From positions 18,910,001-18,974,000 of the forward strand of contig NC_090353.1 of assembly GCF_035084215.1 (NCBI RefSeq): a DNA stretch of 64,000 nt, read 5' to 3'. Source of the DNA: Heptranchias perlo (Eukaryota). Made by a program: the position numbers and the translations under genes. Shown one piece after another: positions 39,401 to 54,400 of this stretch; position 1 is the stretch's first letter, and every line of letters begins with the position of its first letter. Under the pieces are notes generated by a model. It was not told where the DNA came from and searched no databases. It worked only from the letters and a program-made list of their open reading frames with translations.

Positions 39401-42400
39401 AAACCTACACAAACAAAAGTGCCAGAAAATGGGAGAAAGAGAAAATAAAACCTGTAAATACAGCAGCTCTCAAATAAAACTGAAAATGCCAGCAAAACAC
39501 TGGGGGCCCAGAATCCCATGGCCACAGGAACAGGAGTAGGCCATTTAGCCCCTCAAGCCTGTTCCACTATTCAATGAGATCATGGCTGCTCTGTGGCCTA
39601 ACTCCATATACCTGCCTTAGCCTCTTAATACCTTTGGTTAACAAAAATCTATCAATCTCAGCTTTAAAATTAACAATTGAGTTAGCAGCAACTGCATTTG
39701 CGGAAGAGAGTTCCAAACTTATATCACCCTTTGCCTGAAGAAGTGTTTCCTAACTTCACTCCTGAAAGTCCTGGCTCTAATTTTTAAGCCATGTCCCCTA
39801 GTCCTAGACTCCCCAGCCAGTGGAAATAGGTCTCCATATACCATAAATGCCAGAATGCACCCACCTGTGACCTCTGGCACTGACCCTGCCAAAGTATGTG
39901 GGGTCTGGAGGAAGTTAAGCGGTGCATTGTGGGATCCCTGCCAAAGGGGGAAGGCAGCAAAATGTGGCAGGTGGTACTGAGGAGGAGGGGTGAAAAAACA
40001 AGCAAATCTTTTTATATCTTTCTGGGTCCTGGCCACAGTCTAGGCCTGGATCACCAAGTAGGCTTCACTTATGGCAGACAGTGAGCCAGTTCACCTGCTC
40101 TCAGTCAGTGCATCATTCTTCCACCAGGCATGGGGAGAGGAAACTCCCAATCTTGATAATTAAATGGAACTGCTTGCTCCCAGGAATTTCCTGATCTTTT
40201 TACCAGAGAGCACGATGCACTCAGCTTACTCACATAAAATGGGTGATAAAGGCCAGTGGAAGTAAGTTCTGAAAGCAGTTTTTTGATTGCTGCAACTATT
40301 TTTGATTGCTAAAACCTAAATTCTGAATACGAGAATAACTGAGTGTTATGTGTAACAAACCCAGGTATATCTATCTGGGAATGTCTGAGGACAACTGCCT
40401 TCTCAAGCTCCCCAAAACGTGCTAGCATTACTCCAAAATTGTGTTTACCAGCAGTTCCAAGGCTTTGTTGCTAAATTGGCCTATTCTCTGCTGTTTTTGA
40501 GACAGTTTTGCCTGGAATTGTACACTTCACAGCTGGACTCTCAAGCTTTCTGAAAGTTATGGGGATCAGTTCATTCAATAGATGTTTTAGAAATACGAAA
40601 AGATCGTTATTGCAGGTGCATCGTGATTGGCTGTTATTTTTCATTCCTGCTAATGAAATTGCAATTCTCACAGTCAACACTTTGCAATGCTGCTTTGCTT
40701 CTGTGATTTAATTTATATTTTGTTAAACTGTTCCCATTTTTTCAAGTAGAGAAATGTCATGCCCAGTGTCACTTTTAATAACATCCACCAGATCATTGAA
40801 GATAATAGAGAACGGAGTCAGACCAATGGTTTTTGATGGGTGAATTATAGAAAAGGATAGTCATATTAGACTTTAATAACTCTGTACTATAGTTACAATT
40901 ATACAAAACCCTCAAAACTAGTACTACTTTTTTTACAATTTTGGTGATCACAGAAAAAGCTAAAACTAAGAACAGACAAATCCATTTGTTATCACTTCTT
41001 ATTACTTTAATTTACAGATCAGCAATGTGAGTTTCTTTATATCTGCCCCTATAATGATGTATCTATTACATCCGTACGCTCAGAAGAGGACCAGAGCTGT
41101 GCATCTCCTCTGGGTCATGATGATGTTAGTAGGTGAGTTGCACGGCATAATAATTATTTGTCAGTTAGACCAAGTGCAGTCCTTCACTGAAAGTCATGAC
41201 ATATTTACCTGGGTTATATTAATCAATAGAACTGAATTTTTATGATTTATTTCTGCCTAATTACACTCGCTATACCCCATTTCCAATACCACCAGGTGAG
41301 CACACCAACAACACCTGAATGAAGTGTGGTGTAAATACTTGTAACTCCAGGTCTTTTTGAAATGTCAACGTATCTCAAGTTTTCTAAGCAAAATAATGAA
41401 TGTCTTTGAAATTCCCACTTCATTTATATCTCCCACTCCCAGCTGTCTGAATATTGGAATATTGGAACATCCAGCATTGGTATGTTTGGTAGATTTACCC
41501 ACAGTGAGCCTCAAGATCTCGTTCTTGATTAATACACTGTTCCATTTAACACGAACGTATTTTGTGAGTCCTTGCTCCCATACTTATTATTTACATTTGT
41601 CCACATTGAACCGCACCTGCCACCTACTGGTATAGATACATTAAAAAATCCAAATTCTTCTGAATCGAATTCCATGATTTAATTATTGCACTGCTACCTC
41701 TTTTTGTATCATCTCCAAATTTGGAGAATTTTTTCTTCTAAGCCACTTATATATTAAGAATAACAAGTGCCCCAAGATTGAGCCCCGAGGGCACCCCATC
41801 ACAACCTTTTTCCATGTTGAAAAGTTCTCATTTATGGCTACCCTCTGTTTCCTGTTTTTAAGTTGATAATTTTCCATCACTTTACCCCCATTCCACAACT
41901 TCTTAACTTAGCCATTAATCATTGATATTGAGCATTGTCAAAAATGTAATTGACTAGATATTAAAAGAAACAAGTATCTCCAAACTCTTAAACTGGAAAA
42001 GCATTTCACTATGTTGCTGTTATGTGGATGGAGCAGATCAGGGAGCTTTGCAAAATTATGTGAGTAGGGAGAAAAAGAATAAAAAGCAAAGGATTGTACT
42101 AGCCACCCTGAGCTTGGGCAAGGATCCCGAATGCTCCTCTCCCATTCCCGCTATTGTCTTTGGCTGTAGAATTTGGAGGGATGACTTCTTGTATCAAGTT
42201 TGCAGTTGGGAGGGCCACTTCTAGTCTGCATATGTTCTTCCATTATGTGCAGCCTTCACCTGTAAGCAGAAACAAAATGTTAGAACTTGAAAGAACAGAC
42301 TTGCTGGGGCAGAAAATCCTCGGACCCGTTCCGCTGCTGTAAGTCTGATGGAATGGGAATCCCTCTGTGCTTGTGACCAGCTCCTGACACTGCCGCAGTA

Positions 42401-45400
42401 TCCGGGGTCAGGGCAAACTTGCATAATTTGAACAATTCCAATGGGCACCAAGTTGGGCGCATCTTGAGTGTCCAATTCAGGAGGAAGGGGGCAATTAGCA
42501 AAAAGTGGCATTTTGAAGCTAATTCTTCAGCAGACCTGGTTTCACAGGCCACTGATGAATGTTAATTGGCTCCTTTCTACCAGAGCCAATTAAAATGTAA
42601 CTTCTTCCAGGCCATAACCCAGCCTAAAGACTCCTGAGGGACACACTTCCATGGATGTGCGTATTGGTTTACTTGCTGATGTCCAGATCACTTTGTGCAA
42701 AGTGGAGGGGGTGGGAGGGGGGCGTCACAGGAAATCCCACTCGAAGCTATCCCGCTAGCCTCACCTCCTTGTTACATAACGGGCCTGCATGGGGCAGACA
42801 GAACTTCCATCCACCTCATGCCCCAGCGGAAGTCGTCCTCAGGCGGAGACCTGACGTTTCCAGGTCCCACCAGATTTTCCTCCACCTCTTCCACTGCACT
42901 CCCGCTGTATTATGTCAGGAGTGCATCCCGGGTCCGGAGGACTTGTGACCTTATGTGAGTTGGTGGTCCAGCTTAAAAGATTTAGGTGCAACATTAGAAG
43001 CATATGTAACCGTCAGCAGCATGGTTTGCGCTGCTATGAATAAGAGTGATGATAAAACCGCAGAGGCAAAATATATCACTGAATCAGAGAAATGCATTAT
43101 ATGAAAAAATACCAGATATAAAAATAGTAAGGAAATAAAGAACAAAAAGAAAAGATTGAAGTTGGAGATAAGAAAAATAATCAAGAAAAAAAGGAAATAA
43201 ATAATAAAAACAAAAATAAGGTGAGCAAAAGAAAATTTAACAAATTAAGAAAAGCAGATGAGAGGAAAAAGGTCACAGTATTGCTGATTATGATGTGGAG
43301 ATGCCGGTGATGGACTGGGGTTGACAATTGTAAACAATTTTACAACACCAAGTTATAGTCCAACAATTTTATTTTAAATTCACAAGCTTTCGGAGGCTAC
43401 CTCCTTCCTCAGGTGAACGATGTGGAAATTCCCATCGTTCACCTGAGGAAGGAGGTAGCCTCCGAAAGCTTGTGAATTTAAAATAAAATTGCTGGACTAT
43501 AACTTGGTGTTGTAAAATTGTTTACTATTGCTGATTAGTAATTGAGATATGCTAAGGACGAACAGTTAGGCATGGATCGATGGTAGGAGAGAAGTGGAAA
43601 TTCTCAATCTTCACAATTACCCAATGGTGGATGTTAACCCTTTATATGCTAGTTCTAGAAATATTATAAGCTAAGAAATCCAACACAGGCAAAAATCCAT
43701 TTTACCACAACCCTGAAAACATTTCTCAATCCTTATTCACAGTGCGCTACTAAAGTACTGAGGTTAGTATGTAAATGTTCCATGAATGGCTAAGGAGACG
43801 CGCGGTCTCATTTCTACAACTTACGCGATTATCAGCATCACAATTTATTTTCTTCCTTGACTTTTACCACCATTTTTTTCCTTTCTAATCCTTTCCTGAA
43901 ACGCTCGAATTTGTCTCAAGGGCCTAGGCAGTAAGTATCAATGGATTGTTTGAGAAACAAAAATCAGGGCAATGTTGACATGCATACGATTGCTAGCAAG
44001 GGGATAGTGAGATCAATTGCAGAACCCCCACCAGACCCCATCTGCGATCAACTACTCCAACCCAGACCAAAGACTGAACTTGGGGCATTTCTAGTTTGTG
44101 TGACTTAGTACCGTGTCATGTGATGAATTTACTTATTGAGTCATAAGAGTTTAAAAACAAATATATTCTGAAAATTATATTTAGGAAAATGCGATGCCTA
44201 ATAGCTACAGTCCTTATTTAATTTGAATTATGTATATTTTCTCAATCTATCCTCATAATAGGAATTTTCTCTGCATACTACCACATGACCCTGAGTTACT
44301 TTGGTCAGATATTAGATGAACTATCCATCCTGTGGGTGTTGGCGATTGGTTATATGCTGTGGTTTCCCAGGAGACACTTCCCAACATTCATCAAAGGCCG
44401 GTAATGAATAAATAGCTTTGTGTTTTTTTTAAATTTAAATTTCTTATTCAACACTCAAACGTACAAACCCAATAAGTAATAGTTGAGACAGAAAGCACAA
44501 GTCGGAAGTTCCAGCACATACTGCCCACAATGTTTTGACCAATATTTCAAATGGCTACACAATCTTGTGCAACACACCTCTCAACTTCCGACATGCATTC
44601 TCATTTGGTAAGGCTTCCCACCGGAAGTACAAAATCAGAAAATTACCCCTATAATCTTAAATTCTGTAAATGTAGCAATCAAATCATGAACAATGTAGTA
44701 ATCAAGTCATGATATAGCATAAAACATATATACGGTAATGCGATGCACAGCAATGACCCAACAATAAATGGGATGGGATGTTATTGGGGCAGAGCAACAG
44801 GGCTTCAGCAGGCACTCAATACAAGACCCCCATCATCAACATCCTGGGGATCACCACTGACAAGAGGATTAACTGGATCTGTCATATCAGCAGGCAGAGG
44901 CTGGGTAATGGCTACAATTGGTTTACCTCATGACCCCTCAAAGGCTCACCACCATCAGCAAGGTTTAAATCAGAGGTGTGTGATGGGATACTCACCACTT
45001 GCCTGGATGGGTCCAGCTGCAAAAGCACTCAGGAAGCTCAATACCATCCAGTACGGAGCAGTTTGCTTCATCGGCGCCCCCTCCATTAGATGTAATATCT
45101 ACCCTCTCGATCACCGGTGCACTGCACTATCTACAGGATGCACTGCAGCAACTCACAGTACCTCCACATTCAATGCAGTGGTGACCTCCACAATAACAGG
45201 AAGAGCTGTCCTTGTGTTAAGAGTTGTCTGCAGGTTGGCCTAGAGAAGATGGCTTAGCTTGGTGACAGATTCCCATATGAAGCAGAGGTCGCAAAGACAT
45301 TTCTCCTCTGAGATGCCCAAATATGCTTGTGTTGATCTGTAATTGAGGTAAGCGCAGTAGTGTAAGTAATCACTGAAGCATGATTACCTCATGATGTCAT

Positions 45401-48400
45401 TTTCCTTTTCTAAATCATGCAGTTGGGGCCTCCAAAAGAATTCTCACCTTGAGCAATTTGTTTGCTGCAAGCCAAAATGCAGCTGTGAGCAAGATCATTG
45501 CATGAAAAGGAGTAGTAACTTTAAAGTTTTGCAATGCAAAACAAATGTGCCCTACATAACAACAGGAATCAATGACAGAGCTAAATGCAAAATATACTAA
45601 AGGACCGATTCTCTGATGTTTGACCTGGAGTGTGTACGGCACACAAAAATTGGGAAGCTAGGCGTCACCATGCTGGGTATTGAACTCCCAATTCTGCAGG
45701 AGACATTTTTGAGGCCATGCTACAGGGGAAGGAAATCTCTGGCACATTGCCACAGCATAAGGAGGCCCCAATGGGCCAGGAAAACATTGAGAAAAGTTTT
45801 TACAAATTGCTGGTTTTCCATTAAGTTGGTTTCAGTAATGGAATTGAGTAATTGCATTGCCAAAAACAGCTCTTTTGAGTTTTAAATCCACCCCCACAGA
45901 AGCCCTTAGCAACGATGAATGCTAAGGACACATCAACAGTGCTAGGGCACCAGTGATATGAAATACATTGTAAGACCATGCTGCCTTAATATGTCTTATT
46001 ATGCAACCATCCTCAAATCCAGCAGAAATTCTGATGGACGAAGAAAGGGGCAGGAACTTTGCGTCCCCATATTATGGTGTTTCACACAGCAACAGGAGAG
46101 CAGATTTTGGGCCGCAGAGTTCGTTGACAGTGTGCTGTATACACAAGAATAGTATTGATTACACTTTAATCATATGAATTTTCTGCACTCACTCACTTAG
46201 TGTGGTAAAGGACTTTGTTACAGAAGTGACTGTTTTATTTAAATATTAAACGTTTTGCACACTTCCTATACAACTTCCTGCATCATGATTTTGAGTAACT
46301 TTTTTGTCACCATTTACAATGGAAACTGTCCATGTCAACACTTATAATGGCAACTTCTCTATATAAACATTTACCTGTCATGTTGTAGTTGCATATCTCC
46401 CACCAATGGTGATACCATATAGCCTTCCCAACCTGTCAGTGAAGTGTTAAGCCTCTTGTGACTGCCTGCCTACCTTCTCTGCCCATAAATTTTGTTTCTT
46501 CTAACTTCTGGCTGCCTGCAATCTGACCCCTGCCTTCATTGCCTTCCCGGTCCCAAGCCTTGGCCCTGTTGGCCTAACTCTTTCAAAATTCTAGGCCTCC
46601 CTGCCCCCCTCCCCCTGACACATTCTTGACCCCAACCCAGGCCTGACATTTTTTTTAAAAATTGCCTCCTCCCCTCCCTACACCGCGGGTTCGTCCTAGT
46701 CCCAGCCCCAGGGGCCCAGTCTTATACGCTGGGCCCCTGCTCTCCTCCGGTCCTGCAGTTTCTAAGCCCCAAAGCCATCCCCAGCCCCAACTCTTGAAAA
46801 CTCTTCCCTCCACACATGTTCCCAACCTAAGCCTGGTCCGACTCGTTCAAAATTTTGCCTGACCACGGCTTCCCAGTCATAACTTTAGCCCCAACTGTTT
46901 TAAAATAATTCTTTGCTGCCAGCTTCAGGCCACATTATTTTTAAATTTTATTTTCTAATATTCCTAGCCCCAGTCTTCAAGATTTTTCTTCACTTACATA
47001 ATTTCCCATCTTGCTCCCAACCATATTGTCCAACTTCCCATGTGCAGCTCTATTGCATTAATTAAAATTATATAAATGCCCTCTCACCAAACATGTTGTC
47101 TTCTGTACTTTTGGTGATTCCTTACAGTTTAAATAACATCTATTCTTAGGTCACTTGGCAGCGGCTATTTATAGCTTGAAAGTAGATAGCTATGATATAA
47201 TACAGCCCAGTGAATAATTCTCTGCTATTCTATCCATTTTCATAGCCAAGTATGTTTACACTAATACAGCACCATGTTGGGAGGGAGTGGGGAAATCAAA
47301 GGAAAGAGAACACAGGACATCAGGTTCCCCCTGGGCACAATTCGGAAGTCAGATCCGAGAATTTGCCCAATGTTGCGCCCATTTTGCTGATATCAAGTTA
47401 CACCCAAGTATCCTCCCAATCTCATTAGAATATGCCCGAACTTAAAATGGGTGTAAATCATCGTAAACAACCAGGGCCCGAGGGAACACCAAACCCACAC
47501 CAGTATATTTCTTCTTTGAGTCTTAAAATTTAAGTTTCAACTCATTTAACCATTCTACATCAGGCACAGCGTGTTTAAGAACCTGCAATCAGGGAAGCTT
47601 TTAATATGTCTTATATTTTGTCATAAAAATGCATCAAAAGAATCAGATAATACAGAGCAAATCTCAATGAGAATACATTTGTAAAAATACTCAAAACGAT
47701 TGTAATTAAAAGACTATTAAAGTGACTTTGTTTCCTCCTGCGCCTGAAAATTGGGTGCAATGTTGAAAGACCCTGAACAAGTGGAATTGGAGCATATGCG
47801 AGTCGGGGGCGTGGACAGTTTTGTGGGAGGAGATTCGTTCGGAGGGAGGGTTTGATGGATGGATGTAAATGATCGAGGATACTTGAGTGTATTGCGGGTA
47901 GCTCATTTTTGCCCAAAATTCCGTGATCTTTTAAACCACATAATTGGTTTGTGCCCAGTTTACAGGTGTATCTGGGCGCAATTGCAGAGGAAACTCCAGG
48001 CCCAAATTTCTTTATTCCCTCAGATACAGAAATCAGCTTATAACCTCTCTTATATAAAAAGGAAAAAAACTAGAAATCCAAAATAAAAATAGGAAATGCT
48101 GGAAATACTTCCATCTCAGCAGCTCTCTTTGAAAGACATGAACCAATGGAGCTGAAATTAACTTTGAAAAACAAACCGACAGTCCAGAATTTACTGAAAT
48201 GTGTTTTTTTCCCTCCCCCCCCACCCAGGAAGTATTTTTCACTGATTGTCTTTCTTACTGCACTGCTGAGTACAGTCCTGTCGTTTTTTAAACCAACATT
48301 GAATGCTTATGCACTGAATAGTGTTGCCTTGCACATTCTTTATGTGCTTTCACTTGAAATGAAAAGGTAAGAACTTTACAATTCAGTATCAAATCTGGAA

Positions 48401-51400
48401 ACCTGATTTGAATTGAAACTGTTGTATTATTAATCCTCCTAGAATCAAGTCTTAAATTTAACAGCAGCCTGCTAACCAAAACATCCCAACAGATACGCTG
48501 TAATTAAAGTATGGTGTTATCGTGTAATTTTGGAGCATGTTCCATTCTTTGTCAATCATGTAAGTGCCTCGTGCATTAGTTTTGACTTCATGCCCGAGTA
48601 AATATAGAATCAAATTCATGAGGATACGGCAGGTTTTAATAGGATGGGTTTGATAATGTTATAAATCTTGAATCATATCAGTTCCTTCACAGCCAAAGAA
48701 GTACTTTTGAAGTGTAGTGACTATTGTAATTTAAAGAAACATGACTGCCAATTTGTTTGGAGCAAGCTCCTACAAACAGCAATGAGAAAAATGACCACAT
48801 AATTTTTTTTAGTGATGCTGGCTGAGTGATCAATATTGAACTCCCCTGCTCTTCTTCAAATAGTGCCATGGGATCTTTTACACCCACCTGAAAGGGCAGA
48901 TGAAACTGTGGCTTAACATCTCATCCAAAAGAACATCTCTGACTGCAGCGCTCCCTCTGTACTAGATTATGTGCTTGAGTCTCTGGAGTGGGCCTAGAAC
49001 CCACGACCTTCTGACTCAGGTGAAATTGTTACCACTGAGCCGTAGCTGACATAGTACGTGAAATAACTCTTAACTCAGAGAGTGCCCTGAATGAGGGTTC
49101 ATTTTTTAATTTCAGGAATGCAAAACTCTACTGTGCATTCTGGATGCATTATCACTAATGCGCAGATGAGAAGCTAATTGGATTGCACCTGTAATAATGG
49201 CGCAGAGACTAGGAAACAGCTACTTAACTGGTATAAATAGCGTAAAGTGGGCCAATTCAGCCGTGTGGTGTGCGATGTTGCGGCCCAACTGAGGGACAGC
49301 AGAGAAAGCTGCTTCCAGGAAGATGCCATGTAATTAATTACAGATAGTATGAGATCTAGAAACAAAGGGTCAACTCAAGCAGAAGATATAGCAGGCAGGG
49401 GACTCAATCAGCAGCCAGTGAACTCTGTCATCCATCCAACACATGTGGAGAAGTATCTGGAGGAAAGTGTCTTACCTGACGAAAGTGCAAACATGAGCAG
49501 TGAGGTCAAATGTAAATAAACTGATTCAGCCATATATGGAAGGTGCCATTCATGGTTATCAAATAAAGGTGCTGGTGTTAGATGTGCTTGCTTCAGCAGC
49601 TTACAAACTGGGCCAATTTCCCAGGGTCAGCCTGATTTGGATAATTTTGGTGACCTGGTGAGATTTCTGCGTGTGTCAGGAAGCCCACCTTGGAGGAGGA
49701 TGAAAATGGCTGTTGCAGTCCTCAAGTATCTGTATCACTGAAGCAGGCCAGCTGCTTCTGGGGCAGCTGGAGAGGAGGACTCATTGTTTTTTTTAAATTC
49801 TAAAATGTCTGGTTTGGGGGAGTGCAATCGATTGCCACACTCGCAACTCTGAGCTCCCGTAACATACTGGCATCTGTTGCATCCAGCACTGCTATGGTAG
49901 TATTGACAGAAAATACGGGACATATTCAATATAACTGGGATAATTGAACAGGAAAATCCACCTAATGTGTTCAACCCCAATGGACTCAGCAACTTGCTAG
50001 AGTCGTAACACTTAGGGAGCGAATGAAGATTAGAGCAGGACAAAAAAGGCAGGAAGTCGTAGATCTGGATTAAAAAAAAGGCAAAAATGCAGGGGAGATA
50101 AACAGCTGTTAACATTGGGAAAAGTGTTAGGAGTGAGAGATTTATGATCAAAAAGAGTGAGACAGATTGCAATTCTATTTAAACGCGTGGAGCTATGTGT
50201 TTATTTTTCAGATGTACAGATCAAAGAATAATTCATCTGGCCTTTGTGACCGTGGCTTGGTGGTTTATGGCGATTTCTTGCTGGCTAAGTGACCGCTTGC
50301 TCTGTGCTTTTTGGAGACGGATAAACTTTTACTACCTCCATAGCTTCTGGTAAAAAAAAATTAAACAAAAGCTTTTCAGTACTATCATTGTTGTTTGTGA
50401 TCTCAGTTTTCATTTTCAAAATAGGTATTATAGATGGTGAAAATTCTGTTACATTTTTGGGTCTATTCTATCCTTTTTCTAGATTTTTCAGGTATTTTGG
50501 GCTATTCTCCTAAATGAGACCCAATTCCCTATGGTCTCGTGGGTATCTTCAGTAGCCTTGATGTCTAGGTCAGCTTTTGGTAATTTTCCCAGGATAACGT
50601 ACTGAAAAATCTTTCTGCTAATTAACTACTGGAATTATCCGTACATCCACAGGGTCGTTCTTCCATCTGCAAAAAATAGCAGAACATCACAACATCAGAC
50701 CTTGTTTCAGACTTTGACTATCACGCAGATTTACTTAACAACTAATGGATTTTTTGTGGCATTGCTCACAGTGTGTCAGAAGATCCACCAGTGTGTAACA
50801 ATAGGATTGTTATACTGTTTAACAGATTGTAATATAATAAAGCCTTCCTCAGAGGGAGACCACATGGGGGGCAGTGAATGGGAGGAGAGGGGGCAAAGTG
50901 GAGCAGGCCTAACTAAATGGGTTCAGGGATTGAGTGGGGCAGGCAAAAAGAAACGGCTGCAGAGGTAGAAATGGATTTGGACTGAGAGGCCACTACGGTG
51001 TAAATAAATTCTAAGGTCAGAAACACAAAAGTTGGGCCAGGGGCTGAGGACAATTAAATAAAAACAATTCCTAGGGACTGAAGACAATTATTTCAATAAA
51101 GATCATTTCCAGGGGCAGCCATCTAAAAATTGGACCCGGGGCTGAAGAGCAATTAAATCAAAATAATTTTCAGGGGTAGCCAGGAAACATCGGGCCAGGA
51201 GCTGAAGACGAGTAAGTAAATAAAAATAATTACCACGGGCAGTCGAGCAAAAATCGCGCTGGGGCCAACAGCCTGTGGGTAAACACAAGGAAATCAAAAT
51301 TGCTAGGCCAGCCATGTGACAATCAGCCTGGGGCCAATGCAGATAGCAGGGTTGAAGACAAAAACATAGCACAGCAGGAATAGGGCTAGAGCAAAAAAAA

Positions 51401-54400
51401 TTAGGAGCAATACAAATTGCAAAGAATAACTTTTATTTGATATTTATACTTACATAGGAAAACTTACAGTAATTTGATAAGCAGAAAAATAGAACTTGAG
51501 GCAGAGGAGACAGTACAGGCTGAGCAAAATGGAGGCACACAGCACCACCACTGGTGGTGGGAGGCCTGTCATTAGACTGTGATAGGCAACTGTGGACATG
51601 GGAACTTGCCATTATGAATGTTTAACATTTTCACATTGCATATGTTGACATAAAAAGATTAGTCAGAAATCTTCATAACAGAAAGTAAGGTTCTGGGGCA
51701 GGGAACGCAAGTCAATCTCCCATTGCATTGTTTACAGAGAATGAAGACCAAGTGTAGTCTTGAAGGGGAAACATTTGCAGGGCTATGGGGAAAGAGCAGG
51801 AGAGTGGGACTAATTGGATAGCTCTTCCAAAGAGCCGGCACAGGCACGATGGGCCAAATGGCTACATCATTCTATGATTCAGGTGAAGCAGGGTTAGAGC
51901 CAGGGTATAATTGGACTAAGGTGTCCAGATGTAATTCAGTCCCCATTTTAAAGTCATATATTCTGTTCTTATTTTCATAAAACACTTTGATTCAATAATA
52001 ATTAGTTAAAAAGCAAGACTTATGGCCACTCAGGAAGCAGAGAATTAGAGTTGATTGGAGTGTAGCAGTTCCTCTGCAGTCCAGCCTGAGGGGCTGGCAA
52101 ATGCCAAACAGGTGTTACAGCACTACTATTGGCAGGAGGGTGTAATTACAGCATACATATACATAGCCAATTCCCATTATAAATGTGGAAATGGGAATTT
52201 ATAATGCAAGTGCATGCAGATGTAAGATTTTTAATATATTCTAGATAGATAACCAAGTGAATATAGCATACATATGTACAGTATAAATTATATTGTTTAG
52301 TTTTATACTAAATTACCATTCTTTTGAATTAAGATTTTATATACACAGTGATTCTTTTCTTTATATTCTCACCACTATGGGAGTTAAACTGTTCTGATCT
52401 GACTCTATAAGGTTCTAAGTGTGCATTCTCCCTAATTTGAACAATTTAATTTACTTAAATGCTCCTGAAAAGAGTTGTTTGGGCTACCTGGGTTTAAATA
52501 ACTGAGAGTGCAATTCAAAAAGGAGCTGTCAATCATACACATACTGGAATCAAACACACAGTATTGTTTATGTTTGAATGGTGTGGCTTGTATCCTCTCT
52601 CAAGCCTGTAATCTTGGAGAAAAATGACCAAACCTTGCAATGCTTCTAACAACTTAGGCTGGGGACATGAACCAAAACTGCAGTTGGCTTTTGAACTCTT
52701 TATGTGTTGTAACTGAATACATTTGACACCTTGTGGATCTTAAAGTAATAGGTTTGATTGACAGCTACATCTGAGTTGAAGACTTGAATCAGATTTTCAG
52801 TCAGAGGAACTTGACCTTGATTCGTTGTAACCCATTTGATGGACTGCTCCATAGCCAGGAGCTACTGATTGTTGCTTTATATTTGGCAACCTGCTCACTA
52901 ATCACATAGACTCCATCAGGAGAGACTAAGAAAGGTTGGTAATCAGAGGGATTTGGGTGTCCTTGTACGCGAATCACAGAAAGTAAACATGCAGGTACAG
53001 CAAGCAATCAGGAAGGCAATTGTAAGTTAGCGTTTATTGCAAGGGGGTTGGAGCATAAGAGTAAGGAGGTCTTGCTGCAATCATATAGGGCTCGGGTGAG
53101 ACCATACCTGGAGTATAGTGTACAGTTTTGAGCTCCTTACCTAAGGAAGGATATGCTTGCCTTGGAGGGGGTGCAATGAAGGTTCACTAGATTGATTCCT
53201 GGGATGAGAGGGTTGTCCTATGAGGAGAGATTGAGTAGAATGGGCTTACATTCTCTGGAGTTTAAAATAATGAGAGGTGATCTCATTGAAATGTACAAAA
53301 TTCTTCGAGGGCTTGACAGGATAAATGCTGAGAGAGTGTTTACCCCGGCTGGAGAGTCCAGAACTAGGGGTCTTAAGATAAGGGGTCGGCCATTTAGGAC
53401 TGAGATGAGGAGAAATTTCTTCACTCAGAGGGTTGTGAATCTTTGGAATTCTCTACCCCAGAGAGCTGTGGATGCTCAGTCGTTGAGTATTTTCAAGACT
53501 GAGATCGATAGATATTTGGACACTAAGGGAATCAAGGGATATGGGGATAGGGTGGGAAATCAGCCATGATCTGATTGAATGGTGGAGCAGGCTCGAGGGG
53601 CCGTATGGCCTTCTCCAGCTCCTATTTCTTATGTTGTTATGTTAGGGGTACAAGACTACTCAAAGGCTCAGTGATAGCAAGTGGCCATGTAAGAAGTATC
53701 TGACCATGTTTCAAGAGTGAATTTTATGAAAGAAGCCAGAATTCAGCCAATTTGATTCACTCCACGTGATATCAAGAAACGGTTGAGTGCATTAGATACA
53801 ACAAAGGCTATGGGCCCCGACAACATCCCGGCTGTAGTGCTGAAGAACTAGCCGCGCCTCTAGCAAAACTGTTCCAGTACAGCTACAACACTGGTATCTA
53901 CCGGACAATGTGGAAAATTGCCCAGGTTTGTCCTGTCCACAAAAAGCAGGACAAATCCAATCCGACCAATTACCGCCATATCAGTCTACTCTCAATCATC
54001 AGCAAAATGATGGATTGTGTCATTGACAGTGCTATCAAGCGGCACTTACTCACCAGTAGCCTGCTCACCGATGCTCAGTTTGGGTTCCGCCAGGTCCACT
54101 CAGCTCCAGACCTCTTTACAGCCTTGGTCCAAACATGGACAAAAGAGCTGAATTCCAGAGGTGAGGTGAGAGTGACTGCCCTTGACATCAAGGCAGCATT
54201 TGACCGAGTGTGGCACCAAGGAGCCCTGGTAAAATTGACGTCAATGGGAAAGAGGGGGAAAACTCTCCAATGGCTGGTGTCATACCTAGCACAAAGAAAG
54301 ATGGTAGTGGTTGTTGGGGGCCAATCATCTCAGCCCCAGGACATTGTTGCAGGAGTTCCTCAGGGCAGTGTCCTAGGCCCAACCATCTTCAGCTGCTTCA

